Shown in pieces: positions 29,740 through 39,437 of a stretch of 64,000 nt of DNA (the stretch's first letter is position 1; the number at the start of each line of letters is the position of its first letter). The stretch lies in contig CAVSKU010000005.1 in the NCBI GenBank assembly GCA_963728625.1, positions 576,797 through 640,796 of the forward strand, read 5' to 3'. Under the pieces are notes generated by a model, which searched no databases, was not told where the DNA came from, and was given only the letters and a program-made list of their open reading frames with translations. Made by a program: the position numbers and the translations under genes. The DNA is from Pyrinomonadaceae bacterium. GTDB lineage: Bacteria; Acidobacteriota; Blastocatellia; Pyrinomonadales; Pyrinomonadaceae.

Positions 29740-31335
29740 CTAAAATTTTCGGGCTTTCGCGTCTCTGATGATTTCCCGCGCTGCGTTTGCCCCTGGCCCA
29801 CCGGTAATTCCACCACCCGGATGCGTTCCGGCGCCGCAAAGGTAGAGTCCCTTAATCGGCGCGCGATACTGTGCGAAGCCAATTAGAGGTCTAAAGGTGA
29901 ACACTTGATCGAGCGATTGTTCACCATGATGAATGTGTCCGCCGCTGAAGCCATACTCCTGTTCCAGATCTACGGGGGTAATAATTTGCCGGCCCACAAT
30001 CAACTGCCTGAGATTTGGCGCGTAGCCAGACAGGATGTCAATCACGTTATCGGCAAACTCTTCGCGGCGCGAATTCCAGTCGCCTTTGTTCAGCTTGTAA
30101 GGCGCATACTGAACATTAATGGACATTACATGCGCCCCCGGCGGCGCGAGGGTGCTGTCGGTAAGGCTGGGTAAAGAGATGTCCAGGTAAGGCGCTGGCG
30201 AGTAGTCGCCGTACTTGGCCGCATCAAAAGCGCGCTCAAGATAATCGATCTCGGGTCCGACGTGGATTCGTCCGGTCAGTTTCGTTTCACCGTCACCGTT
30301 TGCGAGACCGTTAAAAGACGGCAGACCCGATAAAGCGAGATTCAGCTTGGCGGAAATTCCGTTGGCTCGGTAGTTTCGTATCTTCAGCAGGAAACTTGGA
30401 TCGAGATCTACAGGATCCACCAGATTAAGGAACGTTGTATGCGGATCGGCATTAGAAACGATTGCACGCGCGGAGATTTCTTCACCGTCCTTTAGCACAA
30501 CCTTCGACGCCTTCTCCTGGAGAGTCTCGATTCTGCTTACCTCAGCACCGGTTCTTATCTCAACTCCCAGACTTCGCGCAGCAGTCGCTAACGCGTGGGT
30601 GAGCGCGCCCAGTCCGCCACGAAAAGAGTTCGACGGCGCAATGGCCTGGCCGTCAGTTGCTGCCTGCCAAAGTAGGCCGGTGCTTGTGCCCGCCGACCAC
30701 GGCCCCGCAAAGGCGCCGAAGATTCCTCGTCCAGCAATCGCAGCCCGGAGCGGTTCTGTTTCAAACCATTCGGCGACTAGATCGGCGACCGCCATCGGGC
30801 CCCAACGCAGCAATCGATACGCATCTTTCTTACCAAGACGTCGAAATGAAAGGCCAAGCTTGCCAAGGTCGAACAGTTCACCTTTCGAAGGGCTCGCAAT
30901 TGCCGGCGGCGTCATCGTCATGAGCGGCGCCAGGACCTTGCCGATGCGCGCGAAGCTTTGCACAAACCCCGGATAACTCCTGGCATCCCGCGCGGACCAA
31001 CTTTCTAACTCCCTACCCGTTCGCGCTACGTCTTCGTAGATGGAGATCGAACGGCCTTCAGGAGTCAGCACAAGCAGCCGCACCGCCGGCGTTATCGACT
31101 CCAGACCGTGTTTTTCAAGATTGAGATCCTTTGCGACCTGGGGTCGAAGCGGACCAGCGGAATGGGCGAGCGTTGAACAGCGAAAGCCTGGATGGATCTC
31201 CTCGGTGACTGCGCCACCACCAACCATTTGGCGGCGTTCGAGCACGATTGTTTTCAGTCCCGCTTTCGCGAGATAGCATGCAGCAACCAGACCATTGTGG
31301 CCGCCGCCGATAATAATGATGTCGAAGGAGGTCAT
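29740..31335 (-). CDS. phytoene-desaturase-family FAD/NAD(P)-dependent oxidoreductase (paralog 2)
   Basis: The start at Met14 (31335) gives [16 protein letters not shown] (GxGxxG). The C-terminus is [15 protein letters not shown]. The five-sixths of the protein downstream aligns by eye with the 31441 paralog. Confidence 0.85.
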   Translation of the reverse strand: MTSFDIIIIGGGHNGLVAACYLAKAGLKTIVLERRQMVGGGAVTEEIHPGFRCSTLAHSAGPLRPQVAKDLNLEKHGLESITPAVRLLVLTPEGRSISIYEDVARTGRELESWSARDARSYPGFVQSFARIGKVLAPLMTMTPPAIASPSKGELFDLGKLGLSFRRLGKKDAYRLLRWGPMAVADLVAEWFETEPLRAAIAGRGIFGAFAGPWSAGTSTGLLWQAATDGQAIAPSNSFRGGLGALTHALATAARSLGVEIRTGAEVSRIETLQEKASKVVLKDGEEISARAIVSNADPHTTFLNLVDPVDLDPSFLLKIRNYRANGISAKLNLALSGLPSFNGLANGDGETKLTGRIHVGPEIDYLERAFDAAKYGDYSPAPYLDISLPSLTDSTLAPPGAHVMSINVQYAPYKLNKGDWNSRREEFADNVIDILSGYAPNLRQLIVGRQIITPVDLEQEYGFSGGHIHHGEQSLDQVFTFRPLIGFAQYRAPIKGLYLCGAGTHPGGGITGGPGANAAREIIRDAKARKF

Positions 31336-31341
31336 AGGTAG

Positions 31342-31441
31342 GACAGGCATTCCTGCCTGTCGAGCCTTTCCCAAGACAAATGTTTGGCCATAGATCGACT
31401 GTTGTTCACCTTTTGCGCCGGACAGACAAGAATGTCTGTCC
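31342..31441. repeat. two GGACAGRCA...TGYCTGTCC hairpins between the paralogous oxidoreductase genes
   Basis: GACAGGCA-ttcc-TGCCTGTC lies at 31342-61 and GGACAGACA-agaa-TGTCTGTCC at 31420-41. The latter overlaps the upstream stop codon. Confidence 0.8.
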
Positions 31442-33021
31442 TACTTAAAATCTTTTAGCATTTGCATTGCTGCATTTCGTCCGGGTGCACCCATGATGCC
31501 GCCACCCGGATGGGTTGCCGAGCCACACATGTAGAGGTTTCGAATAGGCGTACGGTATTGCGCCCAACCAGGCGCAGGGCGCAGAAAGAAAAGTTGCTCG
31601 AGCGTCAACTCACCCTGGAAAATGTTTCCTTCCGACAGACCGAAGTCACGCTCAAGATCAAGCGGCGTTAGCACCTGCCGGTGCAGAATCAAGTCTTTGA
31701 TGTTTGGTGCGTGCTCGGCAATAGTGTCGATCACGATGTCGCCAAATTCTTCCTTCTTGTCGTCCCAGTTTCCCTCTTTCAGGTTGTACGGTGCGTACTG
31801 CACGAAACACGACATCACGTGCTTTCCGGGTGGCGCAACCGAAGGGTCGGTTAAGCTTGGAATTACCATGTCGATATATGGGCGGCGGGAAAAGCGCCCG
31901 TATTTCGCCTCGTCATAAGCACGCTCCATGTATTCAACACTCGGCGAGATTGAGACTGCTCCTCGCAAATGTGGACCGGCGCCGGGCAGCGCCTTGAAAT
32001 CAGGCAATCCATCGAGCGCCAGGTTTACCTTCCCGGAAGAACCGCGATACTTATAGCGTTTGAGATCGTCAGTGAAATCATTAGGCAGATGTTCTTCACC
32101 GACCATTTTCATAAACGTAAGTCGCGGGTCGACGCTCGATGAAACCACCTCCGCGACAATTTCATCGCCATTGGCAAGCACTACGCCTTTCGCTTGTCCA
32201 TTCTTGAGCAGGACTTTGGCGATCGGCGCCTCGGTACGAATCTCCGCTCCCGCTTCGCGCGCCGCGTCGGCGATCGCATTTGAAATTGCCCCAGTGCCGC
32301 CGCGCGACAATCCCCAGGAGCGAAACGCACCGTCAATCTCGCCCATGTAATGATGCAACAGCACGTATGCGGTGCCCGGCGAACGAACGCCGAGAAACGT
32401 GCCAATGATTCCCGAAGCTGACATGGTCGCTTTGAGCACGTCCGTCTCGAACCACTGATCGAGAAAATCGACCGCGCTCATCGTCATTAACTGAACCTGG
32501 TTGTACTTATCTTCTTCGGGCAGGTGCTGAAAACGCCGGCCAAGGAAGAGTAAATCCCTTAGGCCTTTAGGATTCAACGACGTCGGGTCAGGTGGGGTCA
32601 TACTCATAATCGGCTTGACGAAGTGGGCCATATCGAGCATCGCTTTGCCGTACTCGTCGTAAGCTTCGGCATCAAGCCGCGAATGGCGCGAAATCTCTCG
32701 ACGAGTTTTCGCATGGTCGTTTACACGCCAGAGATAGTCGCCACTCGGCATCGGGGTAAACGTGCCGTCGAGTGGCAGGATCTCTAGTCCATGTCTTGGG
32801 AGATCGAGTTCGCGAATAATTTCGGGCCGGAGCAAGGAAACAACGTAGGAGCAGACCGAGAACTTAAAGCCGGGAAAGACTTCTTCGGTAACAGCCGCAC
32901 CGCCCAGCACATGCCTGCGCTCGAGCACCAGCACCTTCTTGCCGGCGCGTGCAAGATATGCAGCATTAACCAGACCATTATGTCCGCCGCCAATGACTAT
33001 GACGTCGTACTGCTTGTTCAT
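31441..33021 (-). CDS. phytoene-desaturase-family FAD/NAD(P)-dependent oxidoreductase (paralog 1)
   Basis: 526 aa with [17 protein letters not shown] at the N-terminus and GSATHPGGGIMGAPG at the C-terminus. Confidence 0.85.
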   Translation of the reverse strand: MNKQYDVIVIGGGHNGLVNAAYLARAGKKVLVLERRHVLGGAAVTEEVFPGFKFSVCSYVVSLLRPEIIRELDLPRHGLEILPLDGTFTPMPSGDYLWRVNDHAKTRREISRHSRLDAEAYDEYGKAMLDMAHFVKPIMSMTPPDPTSLNPKGLRDLLFLGRRFQHLPEEDKYNQVQLMTMSAVDFLDQWFETDVLKATMSASGIIGTFLGVRSPGTAYVLLHHYMGEIDGAFRSWGLSRGGTGAISNAIADAAREAGAEIRTEAPIAKVLLKNGQAKGVVLANGDEIVAEVVSSSVDPRLTFMKMVGEEHLPNDFTDDLKRYKYRGSSGKVNLALDGLPDFKALPGAGPHLRGAVSISPSVEYMERAYDEAKYGRFSRRPYIDMVIPSLTDPSVAPPGKHVMSCFVQYAPYNLKEGNWDDKKEEFGDIVIDTIAEHAPNIKDLILHRQVLTPLDLERDFGLSEGNIFQGELTLEQLFFLRPAPGWAQYRTPIRNLYMCGSATHPGGGIMGAPGRNAAMQMLKDFK

Positions 33022-33146
33022 ACTTTGCTTTTGATAATGCAGCTTGCTGAAGATTCGATAGCATACTTATAATCGCTCGCCCTGACAATTACTGGTTTTG
33101 ACGTACTGTTACGTCCTGGATGTGCGAAGGGTAAGTGACTAAGAAC

Positions 33147-33213
33147 GTCCACGACATACCACGAAACATCACGAATAACATTTTCGTGTTCGTTCGTGTG
33201 GTTTCGTGGATCG
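33147..33213. repeat. TTCGTG/CACGAA word hairpin
   Basis: ccacgaaacatcacgaataaca-tttt-cgtgttcgttcgtgtggtttcgtgg. Confidence 0.8.
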
Positions 33214-33277
33214 ATTCGATTTGCGAGGCAAGCTTACAGCTTCGTTTACGCAGTTTAACGCTAGACAGAGATAGTGA

Positions 33278-34480
33278 ATGCCTGTCGGAACCGCCTTTCA
33301 CAAACGAACCCTTCAACTCTGCGAAAGTCTTAACTACCGCGAGTGGTCGGGATACTACGCAGTTAGTTCCTACGAAGCGCACCACGAGCACGAGTACAAC
33401 GCAATTCGCAATGCGGCCGCGCTGATCGATATTTCGCCGTTGTTTAAGTATCGCCTGACTGGTGGCGACGCGACTCGTTTAGTCGATCGCGTCATCACTC
33501 GCGACATGCGCAAGGTCTCGGTGGGCCAGGTGATCTACACACCCTGGTGCGATGAACACGGCAAAGTGATCGACGATGGCACCGTGTCGCGCCTCGCGGA
33601 AAACACGTATCGCTGGACGGCCGCTGATCCGAGCCTGCGCTGGTTTACACAGAATGCGACGGGCATGGATGTGCAAATTGAAGACATCTCCGAAAGCGTC
33701 TCGGCCCTGGCACTCCAGGGACCAACGTCCGGCAGACTACTCAAGAACCTGGTCAGGGATGCCGACCTCGAGAATCTAAAGTACTTCAGAGTTACCACCG
33801 CGACGATTGCGGGCTTGCCGGTCGAGATTTCGCGAACCGGCTACACGGGCGACCTGGGTTATGAAATTTGGGTTCCAAGTGATCATGCAGAATCCGTATG
33901 GGACGCTCTGATAGAGGCCGGCAGGGCTTTCGATATTCATCCGGCCGGCATGTTGGCGCTGGACGTGGCGCGAATCGAAGCTGGGTTGTTGCTAATTGAT
34001 ATCGACTTTAACAGCAGTAAGAAAGCTCTTATAGAAGAGCAGAAGTATTCGCCGTTCGAGATGGGACTGGGGCGACTGGTCCACCTGGAAAAGAACCGTT
34101 TCATCGGGCAATCGGCTTTGATTGCTGAACAAAAGCGCGGCGCGGCGCGTGAAATTGTTGGACTGGAAATCAACTGGCCTGAAGTTGAAACGCTGTACGA
34201 AGAGGTAGGTTTGCCTCCAGCGGTGTCGCCAATTGCTTCGCGAGTTGCCGTGCCCGTATTTAAAGATGGGGCCCAGGTTGGTAAAGCAACCTCAAGCACC
34301 TGGTCGCCGACGCTGAAGAGGATGATTGCGCTGGCAACGATCAAACGGGAGCATGCCAAGCCTGGAACCCAGTTGCAATTTGAAATTACGGTGGAAGCGA
34401 AGCGCCATCGCGTGGGAGCGAAGGTGGTGAAGACTCCGTTCTTCAATCCGAAGCGTAAAACAGCAACGCCTGTGATGTAA
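33278..34480 (+). CDS. GcvT-family aminomethyltransferase (folate-binding)
   Basis: 400 aa. It has NAAALIDISPLFKYRLTGGDA...YTPWCDEHGKVIDDG and a GcvT-like C-terminal barrel. Confidence 0.85.
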   Translation: MPVGTAFHKRTLQLCESLNYREWSGYYAVSSYEAHHEHEYNAIRNAAALIDISPLFKYRLTGGDATRLVDRVITRDMRKVSVGQVIYTPWCDEHGKVIDDGTVSRLAENTYRWTAADPSLRWFTQNATGMDVQIEDISESVSALALQGPTSGRLLKNLVRDADLENLKYFRVTTATIAGLPVEISRTGYTGDLGYEIWVPSDHAESVWDALIEAGRAFDIHPAGMLALDVARIEAGLLLIDIDFNSSKKALIEEQKYSPFEMGLGRLVHLEKNRFIGQSALIAEQKRGAAREIVGLEINWPEVETLYEEVGLPPAVSPIASRVAVPVFKDGAQVGKATSSTWSPTLKRMIALATIKREHAKPGTQLQFEITVEAKRHRVGAKVVKTPFFNPKRKTATPVM

Positions 34481-34674
34481 ACCAGCTGACTGTGTTCGGG
34501 GTCCCTTTCTGACAGGAGATCTCTCTGTGCGTCCTCAGTGTTCTCTGGGACTCTGTGGTTGAGTTATTCGTTAGCGAAGTTTCATCACAGAGACACGGAG
34601 GCCGCAGTGGACTTGCCTTGATTTTGTGGACACCAAGAAAGGGCCGAATCATACTTCGGACCAAGGAGGTGTTC

Positions 34675-34974
34675 ATGTCAGAAAAGCGAAGGCAGTTTAC
34701 AAGGGAATTCAAGTTGGAGGCAGTGCGGCTGGTCAAGCAAGGGCAATCAGTTTCCAAGGTGGCTACGGCACTTGGGATCCGACCGGCCATGGTGCGCAAC
34801 TGGAAGCGACAAGTAGAAGGTGGCGGGGCCGAGAAAGACGTCTTTCGCGGCCACGGTCGGGTGACCAGCCAGGAAGAAGAGCTGCGGCGGTTACGTCGCG
34901 AGCTGGCGCAAGTTACTGAGGAGCGAGACTTCTTAAAAAAAGCGGCGGCGTACTTTGCGAAAGAAAAATCGTGA
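34675..34974 (+). CDS. IS3 transposase OrfA (HTH)
   Basis: An AAGGAGG RBS precedes the start. The sequence is MSEKRRQFTREFKLEAVRLV...LRRELAQVTEERDFLKKAAAYFAKEKS. Confidence 0.9.
   Translation: MSEKRRQFTREFKLEAVRLVKQGQSVSKVATALGIRPAMVRNWKRQVEGGGAEKDVFRGHGRVTSQEEELRRLRRELAQVTEERDFLKKAAAYFAKEKS
34935..34942 (+). other. programmed -1 ribosomal frameshift site (A AAA AAA G)
   Basis: The A7 run sits in the orfA frame as ...tta aaa aaa gcg. The -1 frame is open from here (LLKKSGGVLCERKIVKYACIRLY...) into orfB. Confidence 0.75.
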
Positions 34975-35849
34975 AGTACGCCTGCATTCGCCTGTATCGC
35001 CATCAGTTTTCGCTGTCTACGATGTGTCGCGTAATGCAGGTTAGTCGCGCCGGTTTCTATGCCGCTGAGCGACGGCAACCCAGTGCGAGAGCGCGGGAGA
35101 ATATGGTGCTGGGAGCACTGATTGCGACCATTCATAAGAACAGCCGAGCCACTTACGGTAGTCCGCGCATTCATCGCGAAGTGCGTGAAGGTGGCTGGGG
35201 TTGCGGGCGGCAGCGGATCGCCCGCTTGATGCGTGAAACGGGCCTGCGCGCGCGCACGCGATTGCGTTGGCGACCCGAGACTACTAATTCGAAGCATGGT
35301 CAGGAAGTGGCCGGTAACGTATTGCAACGCCGCTTCAATGTTAAAGAAATTGGTGGCCCAGATCGCGCCTGGTGTGGCGATGTAACCTATATTCGCACGA
35401 GCGAGGGATGGTTGTACCTGGCGGTATTGATTGACCTGGGCAGTCGGATGGTGGTGGGTTGGGCCATGCGTGAAACCATGGACGCCGAGTTGTGCTTGAG
35501 CGCTTTGCGGATGGCCCTGAAGCGCCGGGAGCCGCTGCCGGGTTTGCTGCACCATACCGATCGCGGCAGCCAATACGTGGCCACCGATTACCGCGAGTTG
35601 TTGACCACGCACCAGCTGGTTCCGAGTATGAGTCGACGTGGCAACTGTTATGACAATGCGGTTGCTGAAAGCTTTTTCGCGACCCTCAAATGGGAATTGC
35701 TGGAACGTCAGCAATGGTCCACTCGAGCGGCCGCACGAACTGCCATCTTTGAGTACATCGAAATCTGGTATAACCGGCAACGTCGTCACTCAACTTTGGG
35801 CTATCAAAGTCCTTGGCAGTTTGAACAAGGGCTGCGGTTAGCAGCCTAA
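34971..35849 (+). CDS. IS3 transposase OrfB (DDE/rve integrase core), expressed as OrfAB fusion
   Basis: It carries WCGDVTYI, HHTDRGSQY and GNCYDNAVAESFF, the motifs of the rve catalytic core. Confidence 0.9.
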   Translation: MKYACIRLYRHQFSLSTMCRVMQVSRAGFYAAERRQPSARARENMVLGALIATIHKNSRATYGSPRIHREVREGGWGCGRQRIARLMRETGLRARTRLRWRPETTNSKHGQEVAGNVLQRRFNVKEIGGPDRAWCGDVTYIRTSEGWLYLAVLIDLGSRMVVGWAMRETMDAELCLSALRMALKRREPLPGLLHHTDRGSQYVATDYRELLTTHQLVPSMSRRGNCYDNAVAESFFATLKWELLERQQWSTRAAARTAIFEYIEIWYNRQRRHSTLGYQSPWQFEQGLRLAA

Positions 35850-35947
35850 ACTAGTTGTCTACAAAACCGAGGCAAGTGCACAGAGACTACACAGAGAAAC
35901 TTCAAACTGCGCCATCACCGATGACACAAAACACTGGTTAGTCCCAC

Positions 35948-37057
35948 ATGACGGAATCTTTAACCGAAATCATCGATAGCTACGATCCGAGTCTTCCGCT
36001 CGAGAAGGCGCTGACCATTCCCGCCACGTGGTACACCGACAAACGGATCTATCAACTCGAATTACAGACAACTTTTGCACGTTCCTGGCAGCTAGTTGGC
36101 CGCATCGATCAACTTGAAGCTCCGGGCCAGTACGTGACCGGCGAAGTCGCTGGTGAACCAATCGTACTCGTGCGCGGTAGCGATGGCGTGCTACGCGGGT
36201 TTTTTAATGCCTGCAGACATCACGCCGCTGCCGTGATGACTGAGCCGGCGGGAACAGCCCGTCAACTTCGTTGTCCTTATCACGGTTGGACGTATTCGCT
36301 CGAAGGTGCCTTGAAGGGAACGCCGGACTTCACCGGGGTCTGTGATTTTGATCGAGATGAAAATGGCCTCGCGCCGGTCGAAACGGCTGTCTGGGAGAAG
36401 TGGGTGTTTGTGCAGGTAGAGAACGACGGTGGTTCCTTAAACGATTTCCTCGGCAGCGATCTTGTGAGACAGGTTCAACCGCTGGGTATTCAAAATCTTC
36501 ACTGGTTCGAGCGGCGTCATTACAACTTTGACTGCAACTGGAAAGTGTTCGTTGATAATTATCTCGACGGCGGCTATCACGTGCCGCATCTCCATAAAGG
36601 GCTGGACAGTGTGCTTGATTACAGCAAGTACATGATCGAAAACGGCGAGCGGTTTTGTTTGCAGTGGAGCCCGATCGTGAGTGAAGGGGCTGAGGAACAG
36701 ACGGGGGCGGTGCGCCAGGGCGAGCGCGCGCTCTATTACTGGATCTACCCAAACTTCATGATCAATTGGTATCAGGGCGCGATGGACACAAACCTGGTAA
36801 TTCCACGCGGGGTGAACAAGACCGAGGTCATCTTTGATTTCTATTTTCCGGACACCTCGGAGCATATGCGCGCACGAAACCTGGCCAGCATTGAAGTCGG
36901 TCAACGCATTCAGGATGAGGATGTGGCTATCTGCAAATCCGTGCAGGGTGGGCTCGGCTCGCGAGCCTACAATGCCGGGCGGTTATCAGTTCGCCGCGAA
37001 GCGGGTGAGCATCTCTTCCACCGCTTGCTCCATGCAGATTTGAAAGCGGGTGTGTAG
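35948..37057 (+). CDS. Rieske [2Fe-2S] ring-hydroxylating-type oxygenase alpha subunit
   Basis: 369 aa. The Rieske motif is CRHHAAAV...CPYHGWTY. The C-terminal catalytic domain has DNYLDGGYHVPHLH. Confidence 0.85.
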   Translation: MTESLTEIIDSYDPSLPLEKALTIPATWYTDKRIYQLELQTTFARSWQLVGRIDQLEAPGQYVTGEVAGEPIVLVRGSDGVLRGFFNACRHHAAAVMTEPAGTARQLRCPYHGWTYSLEGALKGTPDFTGVCDFDRDENGLAPVETAVWEKWVFVQVENDGGSLNDFLGSDLVRQVQPLGIQNLHWFERRHYNFDCNWKVFVDNYLDGGYHVPHLHKGLDSVLDYSKYMIENGERFCLQWSPIVSEGAEEQTGAVRQGERALYYWIYPNFMINWYQGAMDTNLVIPRGVNKTEVIFDFYFPDTSEHMRARNLASIEVGQRIQDEDVAICKSVQGGLGSRAYNAGRLSVRREAGEHLFHRLLHADLKAGV

Positions 37058-37067
37058 GGAACTCTAC

Positions 37068-37293
37068 GAGCCTGCGACAGCAGGCGTAAAGAGTGGTAGC
37101 CCCAGGCGACGCGAAGCGGAGCCTGGGGTGGTAATGAGAAAAATAAATTGAGCCCGCGTAGCGGGCGACAGAAGTTTGTTTCTGAATCATCTGTCGCCCG
37201 CTTCGCGGTCTCAGTCTTGATTGTCAATCTTTACCCCACGCTCGGCTGCGTCTTGCGTGGGGCCCTTACTCTCTCCGCCTGCTGCGCAGGCTC
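37068..37293. repeat. nested-palindrome GC-hairpin composite element
   Basis: The outer inverted repeat is GAGCCTGCGACAGCAGGCG / CGCCTGCTGCGCAGGCTC. There are two CCCCAnnC...GnnTGGGG hairpins. The central inverted repeat is GAGCCCGCGTAGCGGGCGACAG (37150-71) / CTGTCGCCCGCTTCGCGGTCTC (37191-212). Confidence 0.85.
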
Positions 37294-37332
37294 GTTGAAT
37301 TGAATCTGGAGTGCGCCGGTCCAGCACGTCCC

Positions 37333-39294
37333 TCACTTCAGTAGATGCTCCCGAATGAACATGACGGTGGCGTAGAACTGAAAGTCCTGGTTCTTCTTCT
37401 TATTGAAACCGTGTCCCTCGTCCTTCGCCATTAAATACCACACCGGTCCTTTGTTCTCCCGGATGGTCTTGACCATCTGCTCAGCTTCGTTAAGTGGCAC
37501 CCGCGGATCGTTGCCACCCTGCACCACGAAAATCGGCTTAGTGATCTTCGAAGCATGGTTTATGGGCGCGGTGCGCAGCATGAATTCACGCATCTTCGGA
37601 TCGCGCTCGTCGCCATACTCAACTCGCCTGAGATCGCGCCGGTACGCTTCAGTACGTTCGAGAAAGGATACGAGGTTAGATATCCCGACTACCGGCAACG
37701 ACGCGCTAATGCGATCGTTGTAACGCGTGGCGATCGCGAAGGACATGTGACCTCCATAAGAACCTCCCGTCACCATTACTCGTTTTGCATCAAGACGCGG
37801 TTGGGTCGCAATCCAATCCAGCAGTGCCCCAATGTCTTTGTAGGTGTCTTCGCGAAGGAACCCGTTGTCGAGCTTCAAAAAAGTCTTACCAAAACCCGTC
37901 GACCCGCGCACATTGGGATAAATGATTGCCACTCCCATCTCATTGAGAAAATAATTATTGCGGCCCAGGAATGTCGGACGCGCCTGCCCCTCCGGTCCGC
38001 CGTGGATATTAATCATTACCGGACGCGGTCCGGTGAAGCGTGCCGGTGGCATGTAAAGAAAGCCGCTAATGCTCCGGCCGTCGAAGCTCTTCCAGCGCAC
38101 TAACTCAGCCTCAGAAAAGTTAGCGGTGTTAATGCCTCCGGTCTCGCTGTGGGTCCAACGCTCTACTTTGCCGGTGCGAACGTCCAGAGAATATACATCG
38201 GCCGCGGATCGCGCCGAGGTCATGTTAAAGGCGAGGTCGCGTCCGTTTTCATGCCAGCGCAAGCCACCAATAATACCCACGGGCAAGCTTGGTGCTGGTT
38301 TCTCTTTGCGTGAAGCCGTGTGCAAAAATCTCAGGCGGCCCACGCCCTCTTCATTGGTGATAAAGGCGATGGTCTTAAAATCGGGAGAAAGAGCAATTGA
38401 GTCAACGTCCCACTTGAGGTGATCGGTCAAAAATGTATGTTGCTTCGTCTCCATGTCTACATACGCAAGCCGCGCGAATTCAGAGTCTTTATCAGTGGTG
38501 ACGTAAATTCCGCGGCCGTCCTGAGCAAAGCGCCCGCCGCCATAAGCAATTTTATCGGCGCCTCCTTTCGGTGTAATCAACGTCTTCGTTCCCTTATCGA
38601 CGTCAACAATCCAGGCATAGGTCTCATTGGCCGACACGCCTTCGCCCAGCAGCAAGAACCGATCATTTGGAGACCAGTCCGAGACACCCCACCCGCCTCC
38701 TTCAAGCTGTAGCAAAAGGCGGTCGCTCTTCGGATCCGATGGATTGATTATGTAGAGGTCCGTGTCACGTCCGTTCCGGCGGGTCGACATGTAGACTGCC
38801 CGATCACCGGCGTTAGACCAGCTCCATCCGGTATTGCGAGATTTGCCGTCCGTCAGAAGCGTGATGTTTCCGTCCGCCATGTCGTAACGGTAGTATTGAA
38901 AAAACTCGTTGCCGCCTACGTCTTTATTGAAGACAAAGAAGTCGCCCGTCTTCGGCCGAAACGATCCGCCACCCGACCGTTCCTTTGAGAACGTTAGCTG
39001 AGTGCGCGCGCCTCCAGGCATCTTCACGAGGTGTACCTGGTTGGTATCAGCAAACCTGGTGTTGATTAGCATTTCGCGACGTATTGGATGCCAACTGGAA
39101 ATTCCTGCGCCGCGAAATTCCGTGTAGCGGCCTACATCGTCGGCTATTGCGGCCGGTATGGCTGGAATGCCTTCAACTACGAGGTTGTCGCCGGGAACGA
39201 TCTTCTCGCCCTGCGCAAAAGCGCCCCAAACGAAAATGGCGCACAGGCAGAAACCTAGCAGGAGAAACCCTGGGAAACTTAGAGTCCTTCTCAT
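37333..39294 (-). CDS. S9 family serine peptidase (beta-propeller + prolyl oligopeptidase-type hydrolase)
   Basis: The start at 39294 has a GAAGGAG RBS and gives the signal peptide MRRTLSFPGFLLLGFCLCAIF. It has TolB-like propeller repeats, the GGSYGG nucleophile elbow and the C-terminal GHGF. Confidence 0.85.
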   Translation of the reverse strand: MRRTLSFPGFLLLGFCLCAIFVWGAFAQGEKIVPGDNLVVEGIPAIPAAIADDVGRYTEFRGAGISSWHPIRREMLINTRFADTNQVHLVKMPGGARTQLTFSKERSGGGSFRPKTGDFFVFNKDVGGNEFFQYYRYDMADGNITLLTDGKSRNTGWSWSNAGDRAVYMSTRRNGRDTDLYIINPSDPKSDRLLLQLEGGGWGVSDWSPNDRFLLLGEGVSANETYAWIVDVDKGTKTLITPKGGADKIAYGGGRFAQDGRGIYVTTDKDSEFARLAYVDMETKQHTFLTDHLKWDVDSIALSPDFKTIAFITNEEGVGRLRFLHTASRKEKPAPSLPVGIIGGLRWHENGRDLAFNMTSARSAADVYSLDVRTGKVERWTHSETGGINTANFSEAELVRWKSFDGRSISGFLYMPPARFTGPRPVMINIHGGPEGQARPTFLGRNNYFLNEMGVAIIYPNVRGSTGFGKTFLKLDNGFLREDTYKDIGALLDWIATQPRLDAKRVMVTGGSYGGHMSFAIATRYNDRISASLPVVGISNLVSFLERTEAYRRDLRRVEYGDERDPKMREFMLRTAPINHASKITKPIFVVQGGNDPRVPLNEAEQMVKTIRENKGPVWYLMAKDEGHGFNKKKNQDFQFYATVMFIREHLLK

Positions 39295-39437
39295 CGCATA
39301 CTCCTTCTCATATGCTAAAAAGTGGCTGGGAAATTCTTCGGGAAGGCGTACTATAGCGCAAATTTCACGGGGGATAAATGATTGCTCGCGCAAATTCGTG
39401 CAGCCTCTAGACGCTAAACTTTCCCAACGGCTGAGAT

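Larger units (their letters stand above)
34608..35880 (+). mobile_element. IS3-family insertion sequence, apparently intact
   Basis: 1273 bp. The terminal inverted repeats are TGGACTTGCCTTGATTTTGTGGACA and TGTCTACAAAACCGAGGCAAGTGCA (TG...CA ends). It is flanked by a 3-bp direct repeat CAG (34605-07 and 35881-83). It has orfA/orfB with an A7G slippery site. Confidence 0.9.

Noticed and set aside
34443-35789. 448-aa ORF on the minus strand
   Set aside because: It lies antisense to the IS3 transposase genes and has a Arg/Ser/Thr/Pro-rich composition with no motifs. It is a typical shadow ORF of a GC-rich coding region.
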